Shown here piece by piece: positions 37,943 through 46,735 of a stretch of 64,000 bases of DNA. Under the pieces are notes generated by a model. It saw only the letters and a list, made by a program, of their open reading frames with translations. It had not been told where the DNA came from and made no database searches. How positions within the stretch are numbered: position 1 is the first letter of the stretch; every line of letters starts with the position of its first letter. This DNA is from an uncultured Actinomycetes bacterium (GTDB lineage Bacteria; Actinomycetota; Thermoleophilia; Gaiellales; Gaiellaceae). The stretch is from the NCBI GenBank assembly GCA_963698015.1, contig OY969109.1:1882641-1946640 (forward strand), in the 5' to 3' direction. The translations under genes were made by a program, and so were the position numbers.

Positions 37943-38905
37943 GTGAGAGGCGCCGACTACTTCATCAAGCGCTTCGTCTTCGCGGTCGTCACGGTCTTCG
38001 TCGCGATCACGATCAACTTCGCGCTCTTCCGGCTCGCGCCCGGGAGCGCCGTCTCGAACCTCTCGCGCGTGCCGCACGCGACGCCCGAGACGCGTGAGGC
38101 GCTCAAGAAGGAGTTCGGCCTCGACAAGTCGCGCGGTGAGCAGTACGTCCTCTATCTGAAGCAGCTCGCGCACGGCAACCTCGGGATCTCGTTCGCGAAC
38201 CAGCAGCCGGTCTCGTCCAATCTGACGACGGCGCTGAAAAACACGATCCCGATGGTCCTGTTGGGGACGTTGTTCGCGATCATCCTCGGCACGCTCACGG
38301 GGGTCATTTCCGCTTGGCGCCGCGGGACCGCGACCGAAGGGATGACCCTCGGCACGGCGCTGACCCTGTACGCCATGCCGACCCACTGGCTGGGGCTGAT
38401 GCTCGTGATCCTGTTCGCGGGGACGCTGCCCACGGGCGGGATGTCCGACGAGTTCCTGATCAACCCGTCGTTCGCCGAGCACGTTCAGGATCTGGCCCGT
38501 CACATCCTGCTGCCCTCATTGACGCTGGGGCTCGTCCTCTTCGGCGAGTACACGCTGATCGTCCGCTCGGCGATGCTCGAGACGCTCGGCGAGGACTACA
38601 TCCTCACGGCCCGCGCCAAGGGGCTGAGGCCCTGGACGATCATGCGCAAGCACGCGCTTCGGAACGCGCTGCTACCGGTGACGACGCTGATCGCGCTCTC
38701 GCTCGGCTACATCGTGGCCGGGGCGATCCTCGTGGAGACGGTCTTCTCCTGGCCGGGCATCGGCCGCGCGGTGTACGACGCCGTGCTACAGCGGGACTAT
38801 CCGATGCTGCAGGGCGCGTTCCTCGTCCTGACTGTGTCGGTCGTCTTCTTCAACCTCGTCGCCGACCTCCTCTACTTCAAGCTCGACCCGAGGATCACCG
38901 AGTGA
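37943..38905 (+). CDS. ABC transporter permease (DppB/OppB-like)
   Basis: 320 aa with 6 TM helices. The EAA-like loop reads YILTARAKGLRPWTIMRKHALRNA. Confidence 0.9.
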   Translation: MRGADYFIKRFVFAVVTVFVAITINFALFRLAPGSAVSNLSRVPHATPETREALKKEFGLDKSRGEQYVLYLKQLAHGNLGISFANQQPVSSNLTTALKNTIPMVLLGTLFAIILGTLTGVISAWRRGTATEGMTLGTALTLYAMPTHWLGLMLVILFAGTLPTGGMSDEFLINPSFAEHVQDLARHILLPSLTLGLVLFGEYTLIVRSAMLETLGEDYILTARAKGLRPWTIMRKHALRNALLPVTTLIALSLGYIVAGAILVETVFSWPGIGRAVYDAVLQRDYPMLQGAFLVLTVSVVFFNLVADLLYFKLDPRITE

Positions 38906-39858
38906 GCGTCGTCCTCCACGAGCCCGGCGCGGTCGAGGAGACGGAGGTCCGGCAGGTACGTCGCGGCGTCGTCTGGCGGACGCTCCGTCGGCGGCCCTCG
39001 GCGATCGTCGGGATCGTCCTACTCACTGTGATCGTGCTGACGGCCCTGCTCGCGCCGTGGATCGCACCCTACGGCCTGCACGAGCAGGTCGGCCCGCCCT
39101 TCGGGCCGCCCTCGCCTGCCCACCCGCTCGGGCTCGACGACGGGGGCATCGACATGGTCACGCTGCTGATGTGGGGGACGCGGATCTCGCTCGTCGTGGG
39201 CTTCGCGGCGACGGCTGTCTCGATCCTGATCGGCGGCACCGTCGGCCTGGCCGCGGGCTACTTCGGCGGAAAGGTCGACACCGTCCTGATGCGGATCACC
39301 GACTACTTCATCGTGATCCCGGACGTCCCGTTGATGATCGTCGTCGCCGCGATCTGGGGGCCGAGCATCGGCCACATCATCATCGTGATCGGAATCCTGC
39401 TCTGGACCGGCACGGCGCGGGTGCTCCGCGCGCAGGTCAAGAGCGTGCGCGAACGCGTGTACGTTCAACGCTCCCGCGCGCTCGGGGCGAGCCACTGGCG
39501 GATCGTCGGCCGTCACGTGCTGCCGCAGGTGGCGCCGCTCCTGATCGCGAACACCGTGCTGACCGTGGCGGTCGCGATCTTCGACGAGACGGCGCTCTCG
39601 TTCCTGGGCCTGGGCGACCCGAGCCGGATCTCGCTGGGCAAGGTGATCGAGAACGCGTTCGAGCGGGCCGCGATCTCGTCGGGCGCGTGGTGGGCGATCG
39701 TCCCGCCGGGCATCCTCGTCGCGCTGATCATCCTCAGCTGCAGCCTGATCGGCGGCGCGCTCGAGGACTCCCTCAACCCGCGCCTGCGAGTCGCGCACCT
39801 CGGAGCGCGCACGTTCCGGCTCCGGCCGCTCGTGGGCCGCTCCCCGGAGGCGCTGTGA
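38902..39858 (+). CDS. ABC transporter permease (DppC/OppC-like)
   Basis: GTGA overlap with the upstream stop. Contains LGLDDGGIDMVTLLMWG and YVQRSRALGASHWRIVGRHVLP. Confidence 0.88.
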   Translation: MSVVLHEPGAVEETEVRQVRRGVVWRTLRRRPSAIVGIVLLTVIVLTALLAPWIAPYGLHEQVGPPFGPPSPAHPLGLDDGGIDMVTLLMWGTRISLVVGFAATAVSILIGGTVGLAAGYFGGKVDTVLMRITDYFIVIPDVPLMIVVAAIWGPSIGHIIIVIGILLWTGTARVLRAQVKSVRERVYVQRSRALGASHWRIVGRHVLPQVAPLLIANTVLTVAVAIFDETALSFLGLGDPSRISLGKVIENAFERAAISSGAWWAIVPPGILVALIILSCSLIGGALEDSLNPRLRVAHLGARTFRLRPLVGRSPEAL

Positions 39859-40829
39859 CCCCGCTCCTCGAGATCCAGGACCTCCACGTCTGGTTCGACA
39901 TCGAGGACAGTCCGGAGCTCCACGCGGTGCAGGGCGTCAGCATGTCCCTCGCGGCCGGCGAGAGGCTCGGCCTCGTAGGCGAGTCGGGCTGCGGGAAGAC
40001 GACCACCGCGCTGGCGGTCCTCGGGCTGCTCCCGCCGACGGCGAGCGTGTCCGGCAGGGTGCTCCTGGAGGGAAAGGATCTCCTGGCGCAAGGCGAGGAC
40101 AGCGTCCGCGCACACCGCTGGGTGGACATCGCGATCGTCTTCCAGGGCGCGATGAACGCGCTCAACCCGGTGCGCACGATCGGCTCACAGATCGTCGAGG
40201 CGCTCGAGCTCCACGGCCGCGCGACTGGTGCGGCCGCCCGCGCGCAGAGCGCCGAACTGCTCGAGTCGGTCGGGATCCCGGGGAGCCGGGCGGAGCGCTT
40301 TCCGCACGAGCTGTCCGGCGGCATGCGCCAACGGGCGGCGATCGCGATGGCGCTCTCCTGCAACCCGAAGATCCTGATCGCGGATGAGCCGACGACCGCC
40401 CTGGACGTGATGGTGCAAGCTCAGATCCTCGAGCTCCTCGACGGCCTGTGCCGTGACTTCGGGTTGGCGCTCGTCCTTGTCACGCACGATCTGCCCGTAG
40501 TCGCGCAGCTCTGCAGCCGGGCGGCCGTCATGTACGCGGGCGAGATCGTCGAGAGCGGGCCGGTCGACGACCTGTACCACGCTCCGCGGCACCCGTACAC
40601 GCGGCTCCTGTTCGCCGCGACGCCGGATCTCACGACGCGAAACGGCGGGATCGCCTCCATTCCCGGCGCTCCTCCGCGCCTCGACCGGCCGCTCACCGGT
40701 TGTCCCTTCCGGCCGCGCTGCGACAGCGCGTTCGAGCCGTGCGCGACGGAGAGGCCGGTCCTTCGGGACGTCGCTCCGGGCCAGGCGGCCGCGTGCCACC
40801 TCAACGATAGGGCTCCGGCGCCGGCATGA
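39855..40829 (+). CDS. ABC transporter ATP-binding protein (DppD/OppD-like)
   Basis: GTGA overlap. The Walker A is GESGCGKTT, the signature LSGGMRQR and the Walker [13 protein letters not shown]. Confidence 0.92.
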   Translation: MTPLLEIQDLHVWFDIEDSPELHAVQGVSMSLAAGERLGLVGESGCGKTTTALAVLGLLPPTASVSGRVLLEGKDLLAQGEDSVRAHRWVDIAIVFQGAMNALNPVRTIGSQIVEALELHGRATGAAARAQSAELLESVGIPGSRAERFPHELSGGMRQRAAIAMALSCNPKILIADEPTTALDVMVQAQILELLDGLCRDFGLALVLVTHDLPVVAQLCSRAAVMYAGEIVESGPVDDLYHAPRHPYTRLLFAATPDLTTRNGGIASIPGAPPRLDRPLTGCPFRPRCDSAFEPCATERPVLRDVAPGQAAACHLNDRAPAPA

Positions 40830-41827
40830 GCGCGCTGCTCGAGATCGAGGACCTCGTCGTCCGCTACCCGCTGCCACGCGGGCTCTTCGGCTCGCTCGCC
40901 CGCCGCGAGGCGCTCTCGGTGCGCGCCGTCGACGGGGTCACGTTCTCGCTCCAGGAGGGAGAGCTCGTGGCGCTGGTCGGCGAGTCGGGCTGCGGCAAGA
41001 CGACGACCGCCCAGGCTGTTCTGAGGCTCGTCGATCCGGTCTCCGGGGCGATTCGCTACGAGGGCCGCGACATCACCGCGCTCGGGCCGCGGGCGCTCCG
41101 TCCGCTCAGGCGCGAGATGCAGATCGTCTACCAGGATCCCTACGAGTCGCTCGACCCGCGGCTGCGGGTCCGCGCGGCGGTCGAGGAGCCGCTCCTCATC
41201 CACGGGCTCGGAGACTCGAAGGAGGATCGCCTGGGTCGGGTCCGGGAGGCGCTGGAGCGCGTCGAGCTGTCGCCGCCGAATCTCTTCCTCGACCGGTATC
41301 CGCACGAGCTCTCGGGTGGACAGCGCCAGCGCGTGGCGATCGCGGCGGCACTCGTCCTCGGGCCGCGCCTGCTCGTCGCTGACGAGCCCGTGTCGATGCT
41401 CGACGTCTCCGTTCGCGCCGGGGTCCTGAAGCTCCTCGACGGGCTGCGGCAGAGCGGGCTCGCGGTGCTCATGATCACGCATGACCTCTCCACGGCCGCC
41501 CTCTTCGCCGACCGGATCGCGGTCATGTATCTCGGCAGGATCGTCGAGCACGGACCGGCCGGCGACGTTGTCGAGAGGCCGCAGCACCCGTACACAAAAG
41601 CGCTGCTCTCGGTCGTTCCGGGCGCGGACCCGCGCCAGAGGAAGCGTCTGCAGATCCTCAGCGGCGAGACACCGGACGCGATCCGGATCCCTGCGGGCTG
41701 CCGCTTCCATCCGCGTTGCCCGCTCGCGGTCGACGAGTGCAGCGTGACCGACCCGGCACTCGAGCGACACGCAGGAGCCTCGCCCGGACACGAGGCGGCC
41801 TGCATCCTCCTTCCCTCGCTCGACTAG
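40826..41827 (+). CDS. ABC transporter ATP-binding protein (DppF/OppF-like)
   Basis: The Walker A is GESGCGKTT, the signature LSGGQRQR and the Walker [13 protein letters not shown]. Confidence 0.92.
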   Translation: MSALLEIEDLVVRYPLPRGLFGSLARREALSVRAVDGVTFSLQEGELVALVGESGCGKTTTAQAVLRLVDPVSGAIRYEGRDITALGPRALRPLRREMQIVYQDPYESLDPRLRVRAAVEEPLLIHGLGDSKEDRLGRVREALERVELSPPNLFLDRYPHELSGGQRQRVAIAAALVLGPRLLVADEPVSMLDVSVRAGVLKLLDGLRQSGLAVLMITHDLSTAALFADRIAVMYLGRIVEHGPAGDVVERPQHPYTKALLSVVPGADPRQRKRLQILSGETPDAIRIPAGCRFHPRCPLAVDECSVTDPALERHAGASPGHEAACILLPSLD

Positions 41828-41941
41828 CCTCATGTGAGGGGGCTTGCTTTCCTCGCCCGGCTGGCGCAAGCTGTCCCCAGACAGCGAAGGCAGGCTGTTC
41901 CGTTGTCTGCGGCCCGCGGTTGCCCGCCAGAAAGGGAGTCC

Positions 41942-43090
41942 ATGTCGAGCTCAGGCGCGACTCCTGCGGCACCGTCAATCGCTTTTCAGCGGCCGGCGAC
42001 CCGTGGGCGCGACCAGGTCGCGGCTTCGGAGTCGGTCTCGTTTCCAGAGGTCGTGTGGGCGCATTACCTCCGTCTGCGCGAGCTGCACGACGAGCACAAG
42101 CTGCACGGGCCTGCGGAGGACGAGTACCGGGCCCAGCTCGACGGCTTCGTCGAGCAGCAGGGCACGATCATCAACGCCTACTGGTGCACGAACGAGGCGT
42201 CGGCTGTCGCGATCACGGAGAAGCAGGGCGACAAAGTCTTCGGGCTCAGGTTCATGTGGCGCCGCCGGCCGAACATCCGCTTCCATGCGGCGACAGACTG
42301 GGCGACGCGCGACGCGTCGGAGATCAGCCATGCACTGCACACCACCGAGACCCTGGCGATCCGCGTCAGCGAGGTTCTCTCGGGCACGGCCGAGCGGATC
42401 GCGATGCAATGGCTGCTCTCGATCGGCGGCTACCTGCTGAGCGTCGTCGACGGCCACGAGAAGAAGGCCAATCGCCAGGAGCTGACCAGGGCGGCGAACC
42501 GCGCACGCGCCGAGCTGGCCCAGGTCGAGTCCTACTACGACCGCGCGGGCGAGAAGACGGGGCGGCTCGTCTACTTCTGGGGGATGCTGATCGGGATCCT
42601 GATGCTGGCGCTGCTCGCTGTCCCGGCCGCCATCGCGTACGAGATCTTCGGGAACCACGCCCTCTCGAGCGAGGCGCCGAAAACCTTCTTCGTCTGCTAC
42701 GCGATGGGCGCGGTCGGCGCGATCGTCAGCGTGATGATGAGGATGGCTGTGAAGAGCGGAACGGGGTTCATCGACTACGAGGTCGGGCGGCCCTCGCTCC
42801 GCCGGGTCGGGAGCTTCCGGCCGATCATCGGCGCGGTCTTCGGGGTCGTCGTCTACTTCGCCTTGAAGAGCGGCATCGTCCAGCTGACGACCGGAACGAA
42901 GTCGCCCTCGATCTACTTCTACGCGACGTTCGCCTTCATCGCCGGGTTCAGCGAGCGCAAGGCGATGGTCATCCTGGGCGGTGCCGAGAGGATGCTCGGG
43001 GGCACGGACCCGCCGGCTGCGGAGGAGGATCCGAAGCCGAGCAGCCGCCGGAAGGGCGACAACGGCCAGGCGGCAGGAGGTCCCACTTGA
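41942..43090 (+). CDS. Hypothetical 4-TM membrane protein with about 190-aa cytoplasmic N-domain; paralogue of 21611-22630; first gene of the coupled module
   Basis: ATG 41942 follows AAAGGGAG. 382 aa. It shares motifs with the paralogue (see 21611). The tail is Pro/Lys/Gly-rich. Confidence 0.7.
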   Translation: MSSSGATPAAPSIAFQRPATRGRDQVAASESVSFPEVVWAHYLRLRELHDEHKLHGPAEDEYRAQLDGFVEQQGTIINAYWCTNEASAVAITEKQGDKVFGLRFMWRRRPNIRFHAATDWATRDASEISHALHTTETLAIRVSEVLSGTAERIAMQWLLSIGGYLLSVVDGHEKKANRQELTRAANRARAELAQVESYYDRAGEKTGRLVYFWGMLIGILMLALLAVPAAIAYEIFGNHALSSEAPKTFFVCYAMGAVGAIVSVMMRMAVKSGTGFIDYEVGRPSLRRVGSFRPIIGAVFGVVVYFALKSGIVQLTTGTKSPSIYFYATFAFIAGFSERKAMVILGGAERMLGGTDPPAAEEDPKPSSRRKGDNGQAAGGPT

Positions 43091-43092
43091 GC

Positions 43093-43470
43093 GTGGCGGG
43101 CGAAACCGCCGCGCCCGAGAGCGTCGTGCCAGATCAGCCAGTCCTTCCGGACGAGATCTCGCTCCAGCCGGGCGGCGAGCAGACGCTGCTCCTGCCCAGC
43201 CGCGCCGGTGCGGGCTACGTGTGGGAGGCGGCGGTCGACGACGAGAAAGTGGTCGAGGTCTCCACGAAGTTCGAGGGCGCGGACAGCGGGAGGCCGAAGT
43301 TCGGCGAGAACGAGCTGCTGACCGTGCGTGGTCGTGCAGAGGGGAGAACAGCCGTCCGCCTCGTTCAGCGGCGGACGTGGGAGGAGGGCGTCGCGCCGAT
43401 CGCGGCTCACGCCCTCACGGTCAACGTCGCCGCGTCTGCGGAGGCGACTCAATCAGGAGGTACCAAGTGA
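43093..43470 (+). CDS. Chagasin-family (I42) cysteine-peptidase inhibitor, no signal peptide
   Basis: The start is TTG 43087 (TTGA overlap) or GTG 43093. LLLPSRAGAGYVWEA resembles the NPTTGYxW loop. LTVRGRAEGRTAVRLVQRRTWEEG resembles the RPWE loop. The size (about 125 aa) fits the family. Confidence 0.65.
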   Translation: MAGETAAPESVVPDQPVLPDEISLQPGGEQTLLLPSRAGAGYVWEAAVDDEKVVEVSTKFEGADSGRPKFGENELLTVRGRAEGRTAVRLVQRRTWEEGVAPIAAHALTVNVAASAEATQSGGTK

Positions 43471-44339
43471 GCAACTCTGTCAACGGAGGCCTTCGCACCC
43501 GGCCCGTGGAGCGATTCGGGTGGGTTCCCGACCTGCCCGATGCCCGGGACTTCATGTTCTCGGCGCCGCAGTCGGTGCTGACGACGCTGCCGACGAAGGC
43601 CAACCTCACGCCGAAGATGCCGTCGATCTACGACCAGGGCCAGCTCGGCAGCTGCACGGCCAACGCGATCGGCGCAGCCTTCGAGTTCGACCAGGTCAAG
43701 GAGGGCTACAAGGACTTCATACCCTCGCGCCTGTTCATCTACTACAACGAGCGCGCGATGGAGGGGACGATCGACACCGACAGCGGCGCGATGATCCGCG
43801 ACGGGATGAAGAGCGTCGCCAAGGTCGGCGTCTGCGCCGAGAACACCTGGGCATACGACATCTCGAAGTTCACGCAGAAGCCGCCCACCAAGGCCTACAC
43901 CGAGGCCAAGAGGCATCAGGCGCTGCTCTACAAGCGGGTGATCCCGACGCTGCACCAGCTGCAGGGCTGCATCGCGGCCGGCTACCCGTTCGTGTTCGGC
44001 TTCTCGGTCTACGACAGCTTCATGAGCCCACAGGTCGCGAAGACGGGCGAGGTGCCGCTTCCGGCGCGGAGCGAGCAGCTGATCGGGGGCCACGCCGTGG
44101 TCGGCGTCGGCTACGACGACAAGATCCAGCGCTTCATCGTCCGCAACTCATGGGGAACGGCCTGGGGCAAGAAGGGCTACTTCACGATGCCCTACGGCTA
44201 CCTGACCGATCCTCAGCTCGCGCGTGACTTCTGGGCGATCTACACGGTCGAGCCGGACGCCGCGGGCGCGAAGACGAGGCGGCGGACGACGGCCAGGAAG
44301 AAGACGACGACGCGGAAGCGGACAGCCGCCAAGCGCTGA
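43467..44339 (+). CDS. Papain-like cysteine peptidase (C1 family), leaderless, with Lys/Arg/Thr-rich C-terminal tail
   Basis: GTGA overlap, with RBS CAGGAGG. VPDLPDARDF, DQGQLGSCTANA (Gln/Cys), GGHAVVGVGYDD (His) and RNSWGTAWG (Asn/Trp) are present. The tail reads KTRRRTTARKKTTTRKRTAAKR. Confidence 0.85.
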   Translation: MSNSVNGGLRTRPVERFGWVPDLPDARDFMFSAPQSVLTTLPTKANLTPKMPSIYDQGQLGSCTANAIGAAFEFDQVKEGYKDFIPSRLFIYYNERAMEGTIDTDSGAMIRDGMKSVAKVGVCAENTWAYDISKFTQKPPTKAYTEAKRHQALLYKRVIPTLHQLQGCIAAGYPFVFGFSVYDSFMSPQVAKTGEVPLPARSEQLIGGHAVVGVGYDDKIQRFIVRNSWGTAWGKKGYFTMPYGYLTDPQLARDFWAIYTVEPDAAGAKTRRRTTARKKTTTRKRTAAKR

Positions 44340-44340
44340 C

Positions 44341-45114
44341 GTGGCCGCGGAATACGACCGGGGGCCCTCGCAGGCGATCGCCTCGATCTGCCTGCGCTGC
44401 CCCCGGCCCGGCAAGCCGAAGGCGTTCTGGACGGCATGGGGGCCGATCTTCTATCGCGGCCGCCTCGACGGGTCGGCGCGGCTCCTGTGCATCGCGTCCG
44501 ACCCGGGGCCGACCGAGCGGATCGCCCACCGGACGCTCGTCGGCGACGCGGGGCAGCGGGTGCAGGGCTTCCTCGCGAAGCTCGGGCTGACCAAGTCGTA
44601 CCTGTGCGTGAACGCGTTCCCGTATGCGCTCCACCCGAGCTGGGGCATGTCCGCAGACGAGCTGCTCGCGGACCCGGCGCAGAAGGAGTGGCGCAACCAG
44701 TTCTATGACGCGGTCAAGCCGGAGGGCGTGCAGGCGATCGTCGCGTTCGGGACGAATGCGCAGCAGGCGCTCGACCTCTGGGCAGGGAAGCCCAACGTCC
44801 CGGTCGAGCGCGTTCCGCACCCGAGCAGCCGGGACGCCGGAGCACTTCTTCAGGCCTGGCACGCGGCGATCGAGCGGCTTCGCCAAAAGGTGACGCCTGA
44901 TCCCAACGGGCACGCGGACGGGCCCAACTACGGCTCGTCGTTCCAGGAGGCCGACTACGCGGCGATCCCGAGGCGCGACCTCCCGTTCGGCGTGCCCGAC
45001 TTCCTCGGCGACGACGCCGCGGGCAGGCAGGGCCATCCTCGCCACAACAACTCGGTGGCCCGCCCGACTCCGGATGACGGCCATACGCTGATCTGGACCG
45101 CGGCGGACGATTGA
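44341..45114 (+). CDS. Uracil-DNA-glycosylase-superfamily protein (divergent)
   Basis: GTG 44341 lies 1 nt after the C1 stop. LLCIASDPGPTERIAHRTLVGDAGQRVQGFLAKLGL resembles UDG motif A (Gx(D/A)PGxxE...G.AG..L). VNAFPY is present, and VERVPHPSS resembles motif B (HPS). Confidence 0.6.
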   Translation: MAAEYDRGPSQAIASICLRCPRPGKPKAFWTAWGPIFYRGRLDGSARLLCIASDPGPTERIAHRTLVGDAGQRVQGFLAKLGLTKSYLCVNAFPYALHPSWGMSADELLADPAQKEWRNQFYDAVKPEGVQAIVAFGTNAQQALDLWAGKPNVPVERVPHPSSRDAGALLQAWHAAIERLRQKVTPDPNGHADGPNYGSSFQEADYAAIPRRDLPFGVPDFLGDDAAGRQGHPRHNNSVARPTPDDGHTLIWTAADD

Positions 45115-46733
45115 GCGAGTTCCTCGGCACCCCGGTCGACCCGCAAGACGGCCCGACGTTCGCGCTCGGCGGCCGCGTCGTGACGATGGACGACCACGAC
45201 TCGGTCGTCGCTGACGGCGTCGTCTACGTCCGTGGAGGCTCGATCGCCGCCGTGAAGAAGGCGAACGTCGACCCGCCGCCCGAGTTCGAAGGCGTGAAGG
45301 TCCTCCAGAGCAAGGGCACGATCTACCCGGGCCTGATCGACCTCCACGACCACCTGAGCTACAACGCGCTCCAGCTCTGGGACGTGCCCAAGCTGTACAC
45401 GAACCGCGACCAGTGGGCCCAGGGGGACACGTACCGGAAGCTCGTCACGGGCCCGATGAAGGTGCTCGCGCACACGCCCGAGTACGTGCCGGCGATCGTC
45501 CGCTACGTCGAGGCCAAGTGCCTCGTCGCGGGGACGACGACCTCCCAGGGGATCGCGCTCTCCAGCTACTCCGGCATCCAGCGCTTCTACAAGGGGATCG
45601 TCAGGAACGTCGAGCAGACCGACGAGGACGAGTTGCCCGAGGCGGGCACGCACATCGCCGACGTCGCGGCGAAGGACTGGGCCAAGTTCCTCAAGCGCCT
45701 CGAGAGCTTCGACTGCCTGCTCCTCCATCTGAGCGAAGGCACCGACGAGGCCGCCCGCAAGCACTTTCTCGCATTGCAGGCGCCCTCGGGAGAGTGGGCC
45801 GTCACGAGCTCGCTGGCCGGGATCCACTGCGTCGCGCTCGAGAAGAAGGACTTCGAGGTGCTCGCGAAGGCCGGGGCGTCGATGGTGTGGTCTCCGCTCA
45901 GCAACCTGCTCCTGTACGGGAAGACGGCCGACACGAGCCTGGCGCATAAGGCCGGCGTTCTCACGGCCCTCGGGCCGGACTGGTCCCCCAGCGGGAGCAA
46001 GAACCTGCTCGGCGAGCTGAAGGTGGCCAGGCTCGTCGACAGCGTGAATGGCGGCGGCCTGTCGGACGTCGACCTGATCGCGCTCGCGACCCGGAACCCC
46101 GCCAAGATCCTGCGCTGGGACGAGCACCTCGGCTCGATCGAGGCCGGAAAGCGCGCAGACCTGCTCGTCGTCTCAGGGGCCGGCGGCGACGCGCACGCCC
46201 ATCTCTTCACCCGCAGCGAGCACGACGTGGAGCTCGTCGTCGTCAACGGCGTCCCCCGCTACGGCGCGAGCACGGTCATGCGAAAGTTGCTGGGGGAAGC
46301 TGCGGCTCAGGCGGAGGCGGGCTCGGCCGGGGGCAGAGCCCGCCTCCTCTTCCTCGCCCAGGCGACCGGCGACCCGGTCGTCGGGAAGGTGACCTTGAAA
46401 GAGGCGACCGACCTGCTCGCGGACGGCCTCCATCGGCTCCCCGAGCTCGCGAAGGAAATGGACAAACAGAAGGTCAGCCCCGACGACACGTTCCTCGTGC
46501 TCGACCACGAGGAGGAGGACGGCGAGGACCTCCGTCCACATCTCCCAGGCCCGGACGGCGAGCTCACGGCGATGCTCGACGGCCTCGCCGCGGCCACACC
46601 GCTGTCCGACCTGCTCGTGCCGCTGACCCTCGACCCGCTCACCGTGTTCGACGACGCGCAGTTCGTGGAAACCCTTGCTGCAGAGAAGAACCTTCCGAAG
46701 GAGGTAGCCGACCATGTGCCCGACCTCTTCTGA
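45111..46733 (+). CDS. Amidohydrolase-superfamily enzyme, TRZ/ATZ / guanine- or cytosine-deaminase-like
   Basis: TTGA overlap. PGLIDLHDHLSYN is the HxH motif. LLHLSEGTDE, GIHCVAL and GPDWSPSGS give the metal-ligand contexts. There is an extra C-terminal extension of about 150 aa. Confidence 0.8.
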   Translation: MSEFLGTPVDPQDGPTFALGGRVVTMDDHDSVVADGVVYVRGGSIAAVKKANVDPPPEFEGVKVLQSKGTIYPGLIDLHDHLSYNALQLWDVPKLYTNRDQWAQGDTYRKLVTGPMKVLAHTPEYVPAIVRYVEAKCLVAGTTTSQGIALSSYSGIQRFYKGIVRNVEQTDEDELPEAGTHIADVAAKDWAKFLKRLESFDCLLLHLSEGTDEAARKHFLALQAPSGEWAVTSSLAGIHCVALEKKDFEVLAKAGASMVWSPLSNLLLYGKTADTSLAHKAGVLTALGPDWSPSGSKNLLGELKVARLVDSVNGGGLSDVDLIALATRNPAKILRWDEHLGSIEAGKRADLLVVSGAGGDAHAHLFTRSEHDVELVVVNGVPRYGASTVMRKLLGEAAAQAEAGSAGGRARLLFLAQATGDPVVGKVTLKEATDLLADGLHRLPELAKEMDKQKVSPDDTFLVLDHEEEDGEDLRPHLPGPDGELTAMLDGLAAATPLSDLLVPLTLDPLTVFDDAQFVETLAAEKNLPKEVADHVPDLF

Positions 46734-46735
46734 TC

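Noticed and set aside
41828-41941. Small inverted repeats (CCTCAtgTGAGG, CAGACA...TGTCTG) considered as a terminator or riboswitch ahead of the six-gene module.
   Set aside because: The stems are short or have impossible 2-nt loops, and no U-tract follows. They are not distinguishable from chance in GC-rich DNA by eye, so the gap is noted only as the likely promoter region.
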